From Phoronis australis (lineage: Eukaryota > Animalia > Phoronida), in the NCBI GenBank assembly GCA_002633005.1, contig NMRA01000004.1, forward strand, positions 1,245,793 through 1,309,792: a stretch of DNA of 64,000 nucleotides, written 5' to 3'. Below, piece after piece: positions 35,682-48,760 of the stretch (positions within the stretch are counted from its first letter, which is position 1; every line of letters begins with the position of its first letter). Made by a program: the position numbers and the translations under genes. The notes under the pieces are model-generated. The model ran no database searches, was not told where the DNA came from, and saw nothing but the letters and a program-made list of their open reading frames with translations.

Positions 35682-38226
35682 CAGTGGCGGATCTACAGAA
35701 GGGTTCAGGGAGTTTAACCCCCCTCGGGCAAGGACCCAAAAATTAGAAAAAAAAACAACAAAAACGTCTCCAGCAAAACAAAAACGGCACCGCCAGCGTG
35801 TGTAAACCCCATGTAAACCAACTTGGAAAAAATGAGGGGGGTTTCACTCAGAAAATATATTTTTTGCATTGTGAATTGCTGTTATGAAAATTATCGCATT
35901 TCGAGTCTTCGTGGCTCATCGGCAAAACCCGGGAGATCAATTGTGCGCGCGCTTCCGTCGACACTTCTGAAGTAACCAAGCATTTTAGATGGATCCAAAG
36001 AAAGAGCAGCTCTATAGCTGATTTCTTTAGGTAACTAGCTTCTTTACTCTAAGATATGTTTTGATTTGATTAGGGGAAATACTGTGGTGCCGCAACCCTG
36101 ATATTCAGGCGAATTGATGTGTAAGGTTTTTACCTCATCTGTCATGCCGTGTCATCCTATTACACCCCACACGTTTGTAACTCGAATTTGACTGGTGTAT
36201 AGTAAAGTTGTCTTGCGCAATATCATACAGTGTACATGTACATGTAATATTTTTGAAAAAAGACTCGTTTTCCGAAGAATTGCTGTTGTGGCGGGCGCCA
36301 TGGTCTGGTCGCGAGTCTGTTTGAAGATGTACTCTGACAAGTTATGTCTACACAAGGAATGACCAAGGGGGCACTCACATTGTCAAAGTGACCGCATTCG
36401 CGAAAAGTGCACAGTACCAGAAATTGCGGGGAGGCTGTATTTTCACAACAAAGTCTTGCGAGACTCGTGCGATGTTCAATAGACCTCCTAAGGAGCCCTA
36501 GTGCCGACCTCAACACCTATCGTCTTTCTACGTGCAATAAGCACCACTGCCGTTTTCTATACTGGGAATTTCCGCAGAAAGGCCCACTCGACGAAACGTC
36601 CATGCCCATGGGCATTTATTTGATGTTAGTACTTCGGGTTTCAAGCGTTCAGACATTGGGACGTTTGCAAGAGATGCAAATGGGTCCTGGGATACATCGT
36701 CAAGGTTTGAATTAGGCCATGATGAACGGATCAAATTTAGTTGCGCATGCTGTAAGACTTTTGAATGGACTTGGTAACCTCAGGGGGCTTAGTGCCAACT
36801 GAGCTGCGAAACGAGATGCTGACATTGTAGAGGCGCACAAGCTCATTGACACAGCAGTTGACGAAGTGCAAGTGTTGGGAACAAACATCGAAGATGTCTG
36901 GGTAGAATGGTTCCAAGAGGAGCAAACCATTGGATCCCATGCACAGATTCCTCAGCAGTCTAGACAACAGAAAGATAGGACCAACGTTCCTGGAGAAACA
37001 CCCAGGTAATAAGTTATAATTCTACACAGTTTGTAATAATGTCGGTTTTTTATGCTTGTGTACAATGAAAACGAAATAGAAATTATTTTTGGACATGCCA
37101 AATTTACCCAGTACAGCAGAGGGTCTGATTCTGGTTTGTATTTCCACTTGAGTCTATCTGCTTCATATCCGAAATCTATTTCACGTAGTGCGTTGTTAAA
37201 TCTGTACTCAATACTTGTTTCTTCCACTGAAGTACTACAGAACGGTGCGAAAACCCTTCCTAGACAACCTCTCGCAGCAGTTGACCACCAGATGTGTAAA
37301 CTACACGTATGAGCAACCACTGGGATTAAAAAGTGTATAGAAAGAAGTTTTCAATTCAATTTTTTTTGCAAAGTATGCTTTAGGTCTCGCGACGGACCAG
37401 GCCAGCTTGATTTGTGTAGATATCAAGTTTCAGTGTACTTCTGGTCCCTCGGCGAACTGTTTGGTCCCGCGACAGATCGACTATTTTTATAGGGTTAATA
37501 AGCACAGGTGTACTTTTGGTCTCGTGACGGACCAGGCCAGAGTTTTTGTGTACTCTCAGTGTACATGTGGTCCCTCTGCTAACTGGTCCTGCATATCTTT
37601 TCACCACTGTGCACAGGATGTTTTGGTTGAGATGATTTGTTTTCTGATACATTTGACGTTTTTCATTTGTTGTCAGCGTGATTCAGCTTATTAAAGTGAT
37701 ACTCAATTATTTATTGTCGCTTTTAATAATAGACTATGAGCATCGTTCGCCAGTTTTTCTCGTAACGAGACAGAACACATGTTTATTTCCGGACTAACAG
37801 TACAGGTCTTCGTTCTTAAACAGCTTGAGGCTGTTGCGATCATCTGATATTCAAGTTTTTTCGCCCCTTCGGTGCTCCTTATGCTCTTGAATATTTGGTA
37901 GTTGTCTAAGCCCCTGTATACACACACAATTTTTTGTATGCTAAAAAGGTGTGTGTAAGCAGATGTTCCAACAAAATTTTTTGCTGGTGGTGTGACTCAT
38001 ACCCAGATGTGCACAGATATGGTTTCACGAAACTTATGAGCCAAGTTCATGTGACGCAATCGAGAAGGGTTTTTAATTATCTCAAAAAACTCCAGGGACA
38101 TGTTAAGGGCCAGAAACGTACCAGAGTGCATAGAAATTTCACTGTCTGTGTACAAAAACAAAAAGTTGTCTTACACGGGAGGGAGGTTTAGCGGGAATCC
38201 TTACTGAAAACGTAGGTCCGCCACTG
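35682..38226 (+). mobile_element. hAT DNA transposon derivative with decayed transposase (THAP12/P52rIPK-like)
   Basis: TIRs CAGTGGCGGATCTAC and GTAGGTCCGCCACTG (14/15 match), flanked by GCATG on both sides. ~36720-37005 reads LRGLSAN*..DADIVEAHKLI..WVEWFQE..SRQQKDRTNVPGETP. Confidence 0.8.
37383..37590. repeat. Degenerate tandem duplication (~135-bp period) inside the hAT element
   Basis: GGTCTCGYGACGGACCAGGCCAG at 37383 and 37518, each followed by tcagtgtac..tggtccctc. Confidence 0.7.
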
Positions 38227-39589
38227 GCATGTTGTTCCCCTAACCTGACTCCGCGAGATCAATTCTTTATGACTATAATGAAACTGAGGACATCTAAAAT
38301 TAACGTTGAACCGAGTCGACACTTCTCTATGAGTGAGAGTGAATTATACACAACATTTGTAACTTAGGTTTATGGCGCTTCAGTGAAGATGAATTGACAT
38401 CTGGCCATCAAAGGAATGCTTGGATTTTTATTCGCCAAGTGATTACTTTGCTCCGTACCCATCAACTCGTGTCATCGTAGACGGAACTGGGAGCCCTGTG
38501 AATAGGCCCAAAAAGGAGACAGCACAAATGGCCATGCGCTTTCTCTGCTTATAAAAACGCAATACAGCCAAAGTTTTAGTTGTATTAAGTCCTGATGGCA
38601 TGGTATCATACATCAGTGACATACGGAAGATCCACAAGTGATAGCAAATGGTCGAGTGCGGCCAGCTATAAACAAATTGGACAGGGAAAATTCCATTGTG
38701 GCTGATAAATTGTTTTTAAAACATTTATAATGTCCTAGACCTGTTTGCCATAGGCACCAAAGGGTGTGACTGTGAAAATTCCGACGTTCTTCCAAAAGAA
38801 TCGAATGGCATGTACAACTGTTTGAGTGACGAGAAAAGCTCCAGCAAACGGGTACACGTCGAACGACTGACATCGATTTGCGTAAAACGTATAAGAACTT
38901 GACCCACCCGTTAAATCACACTGAAACATCGTCAGCTTCTGACATTGTGTTCATTTGCTATATGCTGGGAATTTTTAGGAAATATACTGTTCCTAAGAAT
39001 GGACAGTGTTCACTCATGACAAATGAGCCCTATAATGCGGTAGCCGCTCTTCAATTTTATACATTCTACTTTTTAGCACAGAATTAAAGTCCTACGCAGC
39101 GTCGACATTGTTAACGACGTTTTGTATCAGCTAGGACGGAGCTAGTGTTACTTTGTACCTTAGAAAACATAATGTATCAAATGGATTACAAATAGCTTCA
39201 ACACGAAGATCCACTGCGAACTATATTTCTACATTGGGTTTGAGGATTGCAACTTAGCCTTAGCTCAGTTAATTAATACTGCTGAAGACATAGTTTAATT
39301 ACGCAATTATTGTAACAAGCATCAGTGTTCACCTGTGTTCGATCACATACAGGTACTTATATCTCACTCCTCATAAAAATGTGTCTATGAGTCAATATTG
39401 GAGCTCTCTAGAGTAGTGAGAGCATCAAAGTGACCTGATTGATACCGAAGCAGATTCGGTGGACAGAAATTCAATTACTACATAGTGTTTCATTAATTTA
39501 AGAACAGTGAAACAAGCCCCTTTGTAAATCACTCCTGTAGTTTGATTAAGTTAAGTTCGGTAGTTTACTTTAACTTTTTTACATCGGCT

Positions 39590-39774
39590 CACAGAGGGAA
39601 TGAAATTCTCCCGTTTTATCTGTCGCAGCCATCAACTATGTAGCCGCGGATTTAGTCGTCGCAGCGGGAAATGTACGAGACATGAAGTCCTTCATCCATG
39701 CATATTTCGAAGGTTTGCTTTTTTCGTAAGGCATTAGTACATTTCACCGCACAGCTGCAGAAATTTGTCGACAT
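39590..39774 (-). pseudogene. THAP-domain gene remnant, convergent with the Harbinger transposase
   Basis: MSTNFCSCAVKCTN ... TFP ... WLRQIKRENFIP, read across frameshifts. Confidence 0.6.
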
Positions 39775-40783
39775 TATAATAGCAGGAAATGTGTAAAACG
39801 CTGTTTATGCCAGCAGCTTGAAACATTGCATCTGTATTACATGGGATCTGTAGGTGGCGCTGAACGCCTGTCTACCAACGACCTGATCGCCGTCTGGCGG
39901 GATAGTGAATTTCAATAGACATCACATAGACCGGGCGCGCGCCACTCAGATACATGCAGCTCGCGTTGTCAATATGACGCCATATTGGAGAGTGCTACCA
40001 TAGATACTATAGTCTATGGTGCTACACAGGACAAAAATTGCGGAAAACACTGGGAGCCCGGCATCAGTCAGGAAATGCGGGGGTTCGCAGTGTTATGCCT
40101 GCAACCAGAGAGTTAATTTTTTTTGGTCCTGTCATTGGGTCATGGTTTTTTTTTTGGTTCTACCGTGGAGTTTAGTGGTGCTGCAACTAGGTTCTGCCAC
40201 CACCGTTTAAGCGGAGCGACTATATGCGTTGTTTCCACATCAGTCTTGGTGAATGAGACCAAATAAGATCAATTAAAAAGATAATTATTGACCACCATAT
40301 GCTGTTATCCAATGATGATGCTGTTTGCTAATTATATTTAAGTAAATATTTGGTATTAATGACAGTCATATGTATTTTTACTTGTACTGAAAAAATAACA
40401 TCCCGAACTTACTCGCCAGCCATCGAAATCAGTACATCTAAGTGAATAATGTGTTCTCTATTGAAATATATACTGCTTTAAAAACTCATTTCTTAGTATG
40501 TATTCCAAAATCAGATATTTTCTGTTGTATCAAAACAAACAAAGCCCTGCAAAATCTGTAATTGTGTCGAAGTACATATTGGAAATTTTGTAGATTTGCA
40601 CTGCTTGCCGGCTTACGAGCTATCTGTTTTGTGACGAAACTTGCGCAAAAAAAGTAAAGTGCATAGTAACCAAAATATCAAACCTGTACGACTTCATTGC
40701 GCATCTAACCTTTACCCTAAATTCAGAATTTCCCACTCGAAACCGAATGAAAATATACTCAATCGAGCCGATGTGGCATTAGA

Positions 40784-40948
40784 TGTTGTGTATTGGCAAT
40801 GCTACTTGTGGTTTTCTTTAGAATATAGTCACGCGGTATTTATGCCCACAAGCCACGTGCTCGTCCCCTTCTTGTATTAGTTCTCCAAGTGAATAGACTT
40901 ATATTTTACTCTCATCTGTGTTGTTTTACTGGTTCTACGAACACAACA
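40784..40948 (+). repeat. 5' LTR (TGTTGTG...CACAACA)
   Basis: Direct repeat of 45160-45323 with 7-bp inverted termini. Confidence 0.95.
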
Positions 40949-40951
40949 TTT

Positions 40952-40964
40952 TGGCGACGAGGAT
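40952..40964 (+). promoter_or_regulatory. Primer binding site TGGCGACGAGGAT (complementary to the tRNA-Ser(GCU) 3' end)
   Basis: Starts 3 nt after the 5' LTR with TGG. Matches the ...ATCCTCGTCGCCA end of metazoan tRNA-Ser(GCU), from recall. Confidence 0.8.
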
Positions 40965-40968
40965 AAAC

Positions 40969-43900
40969 ATGGAAGATCTTTCGATTAAACCGTTTAGTCT
41001 TCATCCCACGGAGTCGGCTGGTTGCCGTTGGGAATTGTGGATTAAGCGCCTTGACAATTATTTGGTGGCAAAGAACATTACTCAGGATCCGCGCAAGAAA
41101 GCCACGCTTCTGCACTATGCAGGGAGGAAGTCTTTGTTATAAAAGTTTCTCTTCCTACGGAAGAAAATGAGACATACGACCAATTGAAAATGAAACTTTC
41201 GGACCATTTTTCGCCGAAGCGGAATACAGAATATGAAGTTTACCAGTTCCGACAGGCCAGCCAGACCACGTCTGAGACGTTAGACATGTTTTGCGCTCGG
41301 TTACGGACGCTTGCAAAACATTCCGATTTCGCCGACGTTGATCGGGAGATCAAATCGCAGATTATTCAAAAGACTACGATGGAGGAAGTGCGGCATAAAG
41401 GACTCACAGAACCTACGATTAGCGTTGCGGATTTATTAACTTATGGACGCACCCAAGAAGCTGCAAACCAACAAGGGTTGGCGATGGCCCCACAAATTGT
41501 AAGTACTGTTTCTACGAACCAAGTGCGTGGAAAACAGCCAGTTCCTCACAAACAGCCGTACCGGCACAATCACAATCGTAGGAACACTGGAAAAGCACAA
41601 AAGTGTGTTGGTTGTGGGGGACAGTGTACGGATCGCCGAAAGTGCACAGCATGGGGAGAGAAATGTCATCGCTGCGGTATTCTGAATCATTTTCAGTCTC
41701 AGTGTCGCTCAAAACCGACCTCAAAGCCTCAACGAGGTAGGGCCAATTCCACGAATTGGCTCGGAAGTGATCAATCAGATCGCTCGTTTGTTTACAACAA
41801 TATGTATCGCATAGACAGCGAGTCCGCACCCAGTGCTGATCCGCCTCACATGGTGGACATTATTATCAATGGACAGATTGTTTCTATGGAATTAGACACT
41901 GGCGCCAAGTTCAGTGTGGTCAATGAAGATGTGTGGTCAAACATTTGCACAAACAACGAGCCTCCTGTAGACTCTCACGTCACACTTGTCAGCTATGGGG
42001 GTGCGGAAGTCTGGTCACGTGAGGCCCAGGTCAACATGATTCAAGATAACCAGGAGTATCGACTTCCCCTACTGGTCACAAATTCGGGCCCAAGTCTATT
42101 AGGGCGTAATTGGCTTAATCGTTTGCGGTTGGACTGGAAACGAGTGTACACGGCCACGAATAATGTGCATGAGTTAGCTGTTTTGCAACGTTACCAGGAA
42201 CTTTTCCGTGACGAATTAGGAAAATACTCTGGAGGGCAAGTGTCTTTAAATGTCAATCCGGAGACCACACCCGTCTACATGAAGGCACGCCCAGTCCCAT
42301 ATGCGTTACGTGAAAAACTCGAATTGGAGTTGAACCGATTAATCAACGATGGGGTGTTGAAGTCAGTGAGCTCGTCGGAGTGGGCTACGCCCGTGGTTCC
42401 CGTGTTGAAAAACTCGGGCGACGTTCGTATTTGTGGTGATTATCGTTCCACGTTGAACAAAGCTTGATTGGTTGATAAGTACCCTATTCCACTTGAAGAA
42501 TAGACGATTTATTTACCAAACTTGCCGCTGGTCAGATTTATTCTAAGCTGGACTTAAGTCACGCATATCAACAGTTGGAGCCAACTGAACCTTCGCAAAA
42601 GTTAACTACCCTCAACACTCTGAGTCATGGATTACTAGCTTACACCCGCGTTCCGTTCGAGATATCCTCTGCCCCCGGACTGTTTCAGCGTACCATGGAA
42701 CAGGTAGTGTGAGGTATTCCCATGTGCACTGTGTATCTAGACGACATTTTGGTGGCTGGTCGTAACGCGGCTGAGTATAAAGACAACCTGGAACAGGTTT
42801 TGGAACGCCTGAAAGACAACGGTTTTCGTTTAAAGAGAGAAAAATGCGTGTTCAACCAAAAGTCGGTCACTTACTTGGGACACCGTCTGGACGGGGCAGG
42901 CATACGATCCACGAAAGAGAAAGTCACAGCGATTGTGCAGGCACCCGCTCCGCGCAACGTATCGGAGTTACGCTCGTACGTTGGATTGCTGAATTACTAC
43001 CACAAGTTTCTGGACAATGCCAGTTCTGTTTTGGCCCCGTTTTGGCTACGCAACGGTGTCAAATGGCGCCGGGGTAAACGCGAAGCCGACGCGTTTCAAC
43101 GTTCAAAACGTTTGTTGACATCCACGAATTTGCTTGTTCATTATCAACCGGAATATCCTTTGTTGTTGAGCTACAATGCTTCACCCTACGGTGTTGGTGC
43201 GGTATTATCACACGTCTTGGAAGACAGTTCTGAAAGACCAATAGCGTTTGCTTCTGGGACATTAGCACCAGCTGAGAAGAATTATGCACAGATTGATCGC
43301 GAAGCATTGGCTATCATCTTTGGAGTGAAACACTTTCACAGTTATTTGTATGGACGTAATTTCACAATAGTAACGGACCATTTGCCTCTTTTAGGGATTT
43401 TACGTAAGGGCACCGCAATACCGGCTATGTGTAGCTCACGTATGAAACGATGGGCCCTAATGTTGTCAGGTTATACATACGTTTCACGACACAAGTCTGG
43501 ACAGTCCAACGGCAACGCCGACGCACTTAGTAGACTGCCGCTGGAGTGTAAACAATTTCAGGTGCCCGTGCCTGAGGAAGTGGTTTTGTCGTTAACTCAG
43601 ATGGACTTTACGCCTGTACTGTAGCCAAAATACAGCGCTGGACACAACAAGACCCGATTACGTCGGCTGTGTACCGTTGTGTCTTGCAAGGTTTTCCTGA
43701 CACTACGTATGATTTGATTGCCCAATATTTCTCCCGCTGCCATGAGCTAACGGTTCAGGACGGATGTTTGTTATGGGGAGCGCGTGTTATCATACCTCCC
43801 CAGGGGCGTAGCGCCGTATTGGCCGAACTACACGGTTCACACCCTGGCATCATCAGAATGAAGAACTTGGCACGTTCTTATATTTGGTGGCCGTCTATCG

Positions 43901-44945
43901 ATGTGGACATCGAGCAGTGTGTTCGGCAATGCCAGGCGTGCAAGGAAAATACTCAGTCACCACACAGCAGGCCAAAGTTCACCCTTGGGAGTGGCCTGGA
44001 GTACCATGGCACCGAATTCATATCGACTATGCAGGTCCAATGAAGAACGGGAAATACATTCTTGTAATTGTGGACGCTCACAGTAAATTTGTCGACGCGT
44101 ACATCACCGACAGTACTTCAACCGAGGCAACAGTCAGGAAATTACGTCAGTTCTTTGCCACGCATGGACTGCCCGTAATGATTGTGTCTGACAACGGTTC
44201 TGGTTTCGCCAGTGCTGATTTTGCCAAGTTCTGTCGCAACAATGGTATTAAACATACGTTTAGTGCGCCGTACCACCCTGCGAGTAATGGTGCGGCCGAG
44301 GCTGCGGTTAAAATCGTCAAGACCGGAATGGCCAGGTTGGAAGGTGACATGGAAACCCGCCTTTACACATTCTTAGCGCGTCATCGCATTACACCACACT
44401 CTGCGACAGGTAGACCACCCGCAGAATTATTAATGTCGAGGAGGCCGCGTTCACGTTTGGACTTAGCTGTTCCGGACCTCAGACAGCGTGTTCTACAAAT
44501 GCAGTCAAGTGCGCAACGCGCACACGACGCACGTGACTTTTGCGCCGGAGATACGGTACTTGTGAGAAACTTCTCCGGCTCACCCACCTGGGTCCCTGGT
44601 ATGGTCATAGAACATCGAGGACCCGTGTCATTCTCGATGGAGTTGCCCGATAAACGGATTTGGAGGCGTCACGTAGACCACATAATACGACGCACACCGG
44701 AAGACAACCCATCTTCAACCACGTTTGGCCCACCGCCAAGTAACTTACCGCCGCCACCAGCCTTCGTACCGCCAACTCGGTTGACGGAACAACCGTCTAC
44801 GCCTGTGGTCGATCATACACATCCCACTGCGTATTCGAACGCTACCACCGTACGATTACCCGTAGAAAATCCACCAACAGATTCGTCTGTAGTTGTGACG
44901 CGTTCCGGAAGGAGATCAATCCAACCAGACAGGCTGAACTTTTAA
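40969..44945 (+). pseudogene. Disrupted gag-pol polyprotein
   Basis: Gag MEDLSIKPF..LLHYAG; twin Cys knuckles; protease LDTGA (~41895); RT RICGDY and YLDD (42734-42745); RNase H; integrase HPG..CQAC, HIDYAGP, SDNG, PYHPASNGAAE. Frameshifts or stops near 41130, 42465-42710, 43622 and 43960. Confidence 0.95.
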
Positions 44946-45146
44946 TTACTACTTATTATAACTACATGTAGCTTCAGTCATCAATAGGATCACCTTACAG
45001 GACAGAGCAGTGTGACACATCGTTTTAGTTATGACTGGACACTTAGTATCGTTTTACAAAAAAGTCTGTTGACAGTGTGTTACATGCATGTTTGTGTTTA
45101 GTTTGAAGTGTTCCTCCATGTTTATTTACGTTTGCAGTAGTTAGCT

Positions 45147-45323
45147 AAGGGTAGAGGGATGTTGTGTATTGGCAATGCTACTTGTGGTTTTCCTTAGAAT
45201 ATAGTCACGTGGTATTTATGCCCACAAGCCACGTGCTCGTCTCCTTCTTGTATTAGTTCTCCAAGTGAATAGACGTATTATATTTTACTCTCATCTGTGT
45301 TGTTTTACTGTTTCTACGAACAC
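45147..45323 (+). repeat. Polypurine tract (45147-45159) and 3' LTR (45160-45323)
   Basis: aagggtagaggga abuts TGTTGTG. This LTR differs from the 5' copy by 4 substitutions and a 3-nt indel, and lacks the final AACA. Confidence 0.93.
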
Positions 45324-46429
45324 TAGTTATGATCCCGTGAAAATAACCCCTGTTAGTTTCACTCACAGGGTCTAAATTTCATGTGAAGAATTTTCAGCCC
45401 ATGAAAAAATGACCCCACGTCCTTGAAAACCATTATTCAACGGTTCCCCCGCAACAAGGGGTTGGGATAAACAGGCAGCGTGCGTGAGAGAAGAATGTAT
45501 TATAAATTTCTCGGCTGTGGGTCACGCAGTGCGGGGATGGATAGGAACCGAACTAATGTGTGGGAGTGGGACTGATCTCTTTGTGAGCACACAATTACAC
45601 GGTGTGGGGATACTACAAAACGCCAACAAGTGCCTGGGGCTTGATCGGGGGGGGGGGGNNNNGGGGGGACTTCAGATCCGTGAGAGAGGAATACCGTGCG
45701 TGAGAGAAGAATATTTGTACGTTGGCAATTCCGAGCGCAGCACAGGAAAGGAATTGAGTGTGTGTTCTTTGCTTTTTACTTTACGGCGTTCTCCCGTTCA
45801 GTCTAACTTGTTAAGTTGTATATCACAACAAGTTGGGCGGATGACCGCTGTACCAATATCTTGTAACACTGACGACTGATTAAGTCCATTCTGGCAATTA
45901 GGGTTGGAGGGTCAGCTCTCTTTTGTTCGATAATTGCTCTTATCTCCGATAAGATCGTATCTTATATCCTCAATGGGCTGTGCTGTTAAAAACAAATTAA
46001 GTTCTAAAATGTTTGAACATAAACCCAATGACATTTCTGAATTGCCCATCAAATACTGATCAAGCTTATAGTTTTTGAATCATTTTCCCAGTAGTTCACA
46101 TTAAATTTAGATCCCATTAAAAGCGACCCGGGTCATATTTTAATTTAAGAAAGTTATCCGGGGTCATTGTTCAACACTCAGTTAAAAGGCTTATTGTAGC
46201 ACCACGAAAGTACGTCCCGAGTGAGCGGCATGTCTCCTGGATATAATGTATTTACATCGAGGGACACGGATTAAATCATAAATATGCGCGATCTTAGTGG
46301 TTTCTCTTGAAAAAACGAAAAAAAATAAAGCGCTCGCGGTGGATTGATAGGCGTGCACCCGCTCAGGCCACTCGAGAATCTGCCACGTTAGTTAGTGTGT
46401 CACCAAGTGAATTATTGAATACTAGCCTC

Positions 46430-46790
46430 AATTCATTTTCGTCTCTCTTAGTTGGGCACAAACTACAACAGTGAGTAGCTTCAATGAGTTGCTTTTTAAG
46501 ATTGTCTGTTCAAATAACTTCATGCACACCAGCTTTCTGAAGACCAGCTTCAAAGTCTTGCTTTAATTTTGAAAAGCAAATGACATCTCCGTGTCTTAGA
46601 AGCTTTGATTCAATGAACTCCACACAAAACTGTAGAAAAGCATCTTTGAAAACTATGGATTCTTCACTCTTCACAATCTTGTATTTCTACTTTTATAGCA
46701 TGGTAATCTTGTGTGATACTTGGCTTCTTAAGCCACAAGGTCTCTTATCTTTGAAATTCATTTGCATATTCAGGTCTCTATACTGAGCTG
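46430..46790 (-). pseudogene. Decayed DNA-transposon protein fragment, family uncertain
   Basis: KDKDLVA*EAKYH..CY-like motif read across a frameshift, then AFLQFCVEFIESKLL. Confidence 0.4.
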
Positions 46791-48239
46791 TTGCTTGCAA
46801 TACAAGTACAATTGAAAAAAACGCGAAGTGTTAACACTAATTTAACATTTAATTATGAGTGAGTTGGCATGCAATTTTTTCAGACTGACTTATCAGGAAT
46901 CGATCTACCACCAGCCTAACAAATTTACATGCCGTTTGATCTGTCGCCTGAAAATGTTGAACGTCTAATAATTAGATTAGTTGATGGGACTGAAAATTAG
47001 TCAGCTGATATACCAGTGCATTGATTGAAATTTATTTTTTTAATGAGATGCTCATACAATGGTCAATCGATTTACAACGTTTGACAAAATGGCTTCCCCT
47101 GCCTTCAAATTACAGCGGGGACGCTGGTCACTTAGGCACTTCAATTTAATTACCATTTCAGTCACCTAAGTAATCAGTGTTTACTAAAAATGACATGAAA
47201 AAGATTGCATTCGACTTTAAGCAAAGCGCCAAGAGAATTTGTTGTAGAACTACATTTACTTTTTTACCCAGCCAGGAATCAAACACGCGCCCCCGTCTGA
47301 CGCAGTCTGTTCGCGCCAGGGGATACGACGTCATATCGCTTGGAGCGAGCAGTGTAAAAATGACCAGTTGCCGATTTGGGCAACTGAACGAAGGGCTGCT
47401 TGAGAAAAAGGTTTGATTGCAGGAGTACTTGTTTGAGTTGAGAAAACCTAAAAACATTCTGCGAATTTTTAAGATGTCCCTCTATACGCAAAAGTTACTT
47501 ATAGCAAGTGTGAGGCACAATTCGCCGAAAAGCTTCCGGTCCTATGGAGAATCTATGGCAACTGTTTCTACTGCGGCCTGTCGAGACTGTGACACTGTCA
47601 CTAAAAATCAGATGACATAGCTTTTTGCCAAAGTATCAGCGTAAGAGAAATTAATCCCCCTCCCCGGTCGCCCACCGATTCCTAATTCCCCTGTTAACAT
47701 GCCTTTCCCGTAAATCTTTGCATTGGTTGCTCCCTTTCCCGAATTTTATCGTGTTTTGCTGGAATTTTCCTTGTTTCGTCAGAATATGAGTGAAGTTGTT
47801 TCACCCTTGACGACTTTCCTTGACCGCAATAAACACTCAAAATTAATAAAATATTGATTAGCTCCAGTAAAACCACGGTAGATCCATGCTAATACCATTT
47901 CACAAAAGGATATTAACAAATAATCACAAAGCAATCCACCCTATCACTGGGGGATCTAATGTATGACTATGCACTAAACTTCTGAAGAAAATGATTACTT
48001 AAATCCTCCAACCGGCATGGAATTTCAGCAGCGTGTTCTTCGTTATTATTCTTTTTGGTCTCTTCCATAGCTGGGAACGGGCAATACCAATTCTTTACAA
48101 TCACCCCCTCCCAATATAGCTATACATGTACTTAAACTTTCCATTTAATGATTCCATTACCAATATTTGTAAAATGTCATTAGTCACGCCCACAAAAATC
48201 TCTCTCCTAACCTGCACAATTATCACCCCAACAAACAAC

Positions 48240-48760
48240 CCCCAGAACTAGTCGATCACGTGTCCTACTTAGGCGTAACGCTCTCTTCAAATCTGTATTT
48301 CAACCACCACATACATGACATGGGTCCAAAAGCAAATAAATCACTCGGGTTTATCAAATGCTTCACAAGCCACTGGAATACTTGCCCTCAGTATGGGACC
48401 ATCCACCCAAAGAAACATATTAAACAAAGTGAGAAAAAGTTCAACATAGAGCTGCCAAATTTGTCGCAAACAACTATTGTACCTGCTCATCCGTGACCAC
48501 TATGATACAAACCACGAACTGGCCAACTCAAGAAGGCCGCAAGACTCAGAACTCAGAGCCAGGCCACTCTACTACACAAAATTGTACCTGATCACCATCC
48601 CACTGTTTCTCCTAACCTCCTCTCATAATGCCCACCTTAATTTCCGGAGACTGCACACTCGCACAGATTATTACGCCCACTCCTTCAGTAGTCTTATGGA
48701 ACCGCCTACCTCATCAAATTGCATGGGTACCATGCCTTGACGCGTTCGTCCCCAATGCGT
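48240..48760 (+). mobile_element. LINE (CR1/L2-group) RT C-terminal fragment
   Basis: YLGVTLSSNL..HI..KANKSLGFIK, KVQHRAAKFV, RTDYYAHSF. Confidence 0.8.

Larger units (their letters stand above)
35260..39000 (+). pseudogene. THAP-HTH-DDE (PIF/Harbinger, ISL2EU-like) transposase fossil, split by a hAT insertion
   Basis: Left part: RLKPDAVP (THAP end) and SDNKRLQFYTG. Right part from 38232: LTPRDQFFMTIMKLR, TRVIVDGT, NTAKVLVVLSPDGMVSYIS, STSD, IVADK, RVHVER, ICYMLGIFR. Many frameshifts. Confidence 0.85.
40784..45323 (+). mobile_element. Full-length, decayed Ty3/Gypsy LTR retrotransposon (Mag-like)
   Basis: Two ~165-bp LTRs, PBS, PPT, and domain order gag-PR-RT-RH-IN. Confidence 0.97.

Noticed and set aside
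45479-45715. Duplicated CGTGCGTGAGAGAAGAAT around a poly-G/N run; ORF 45484-45879
   Set aside because: It spans ambiguous bases (Ns also occur at 15727 and 31448 near G/C runs), so it may be an assembly artefact; no protein motif.
47250-47325. tRNA or tRNA-derived SINE on the minus strand (GTTTGATTCC B-box-like)
   Set aside because: No cloverleaf, a weak A-box and no second copy in the window.
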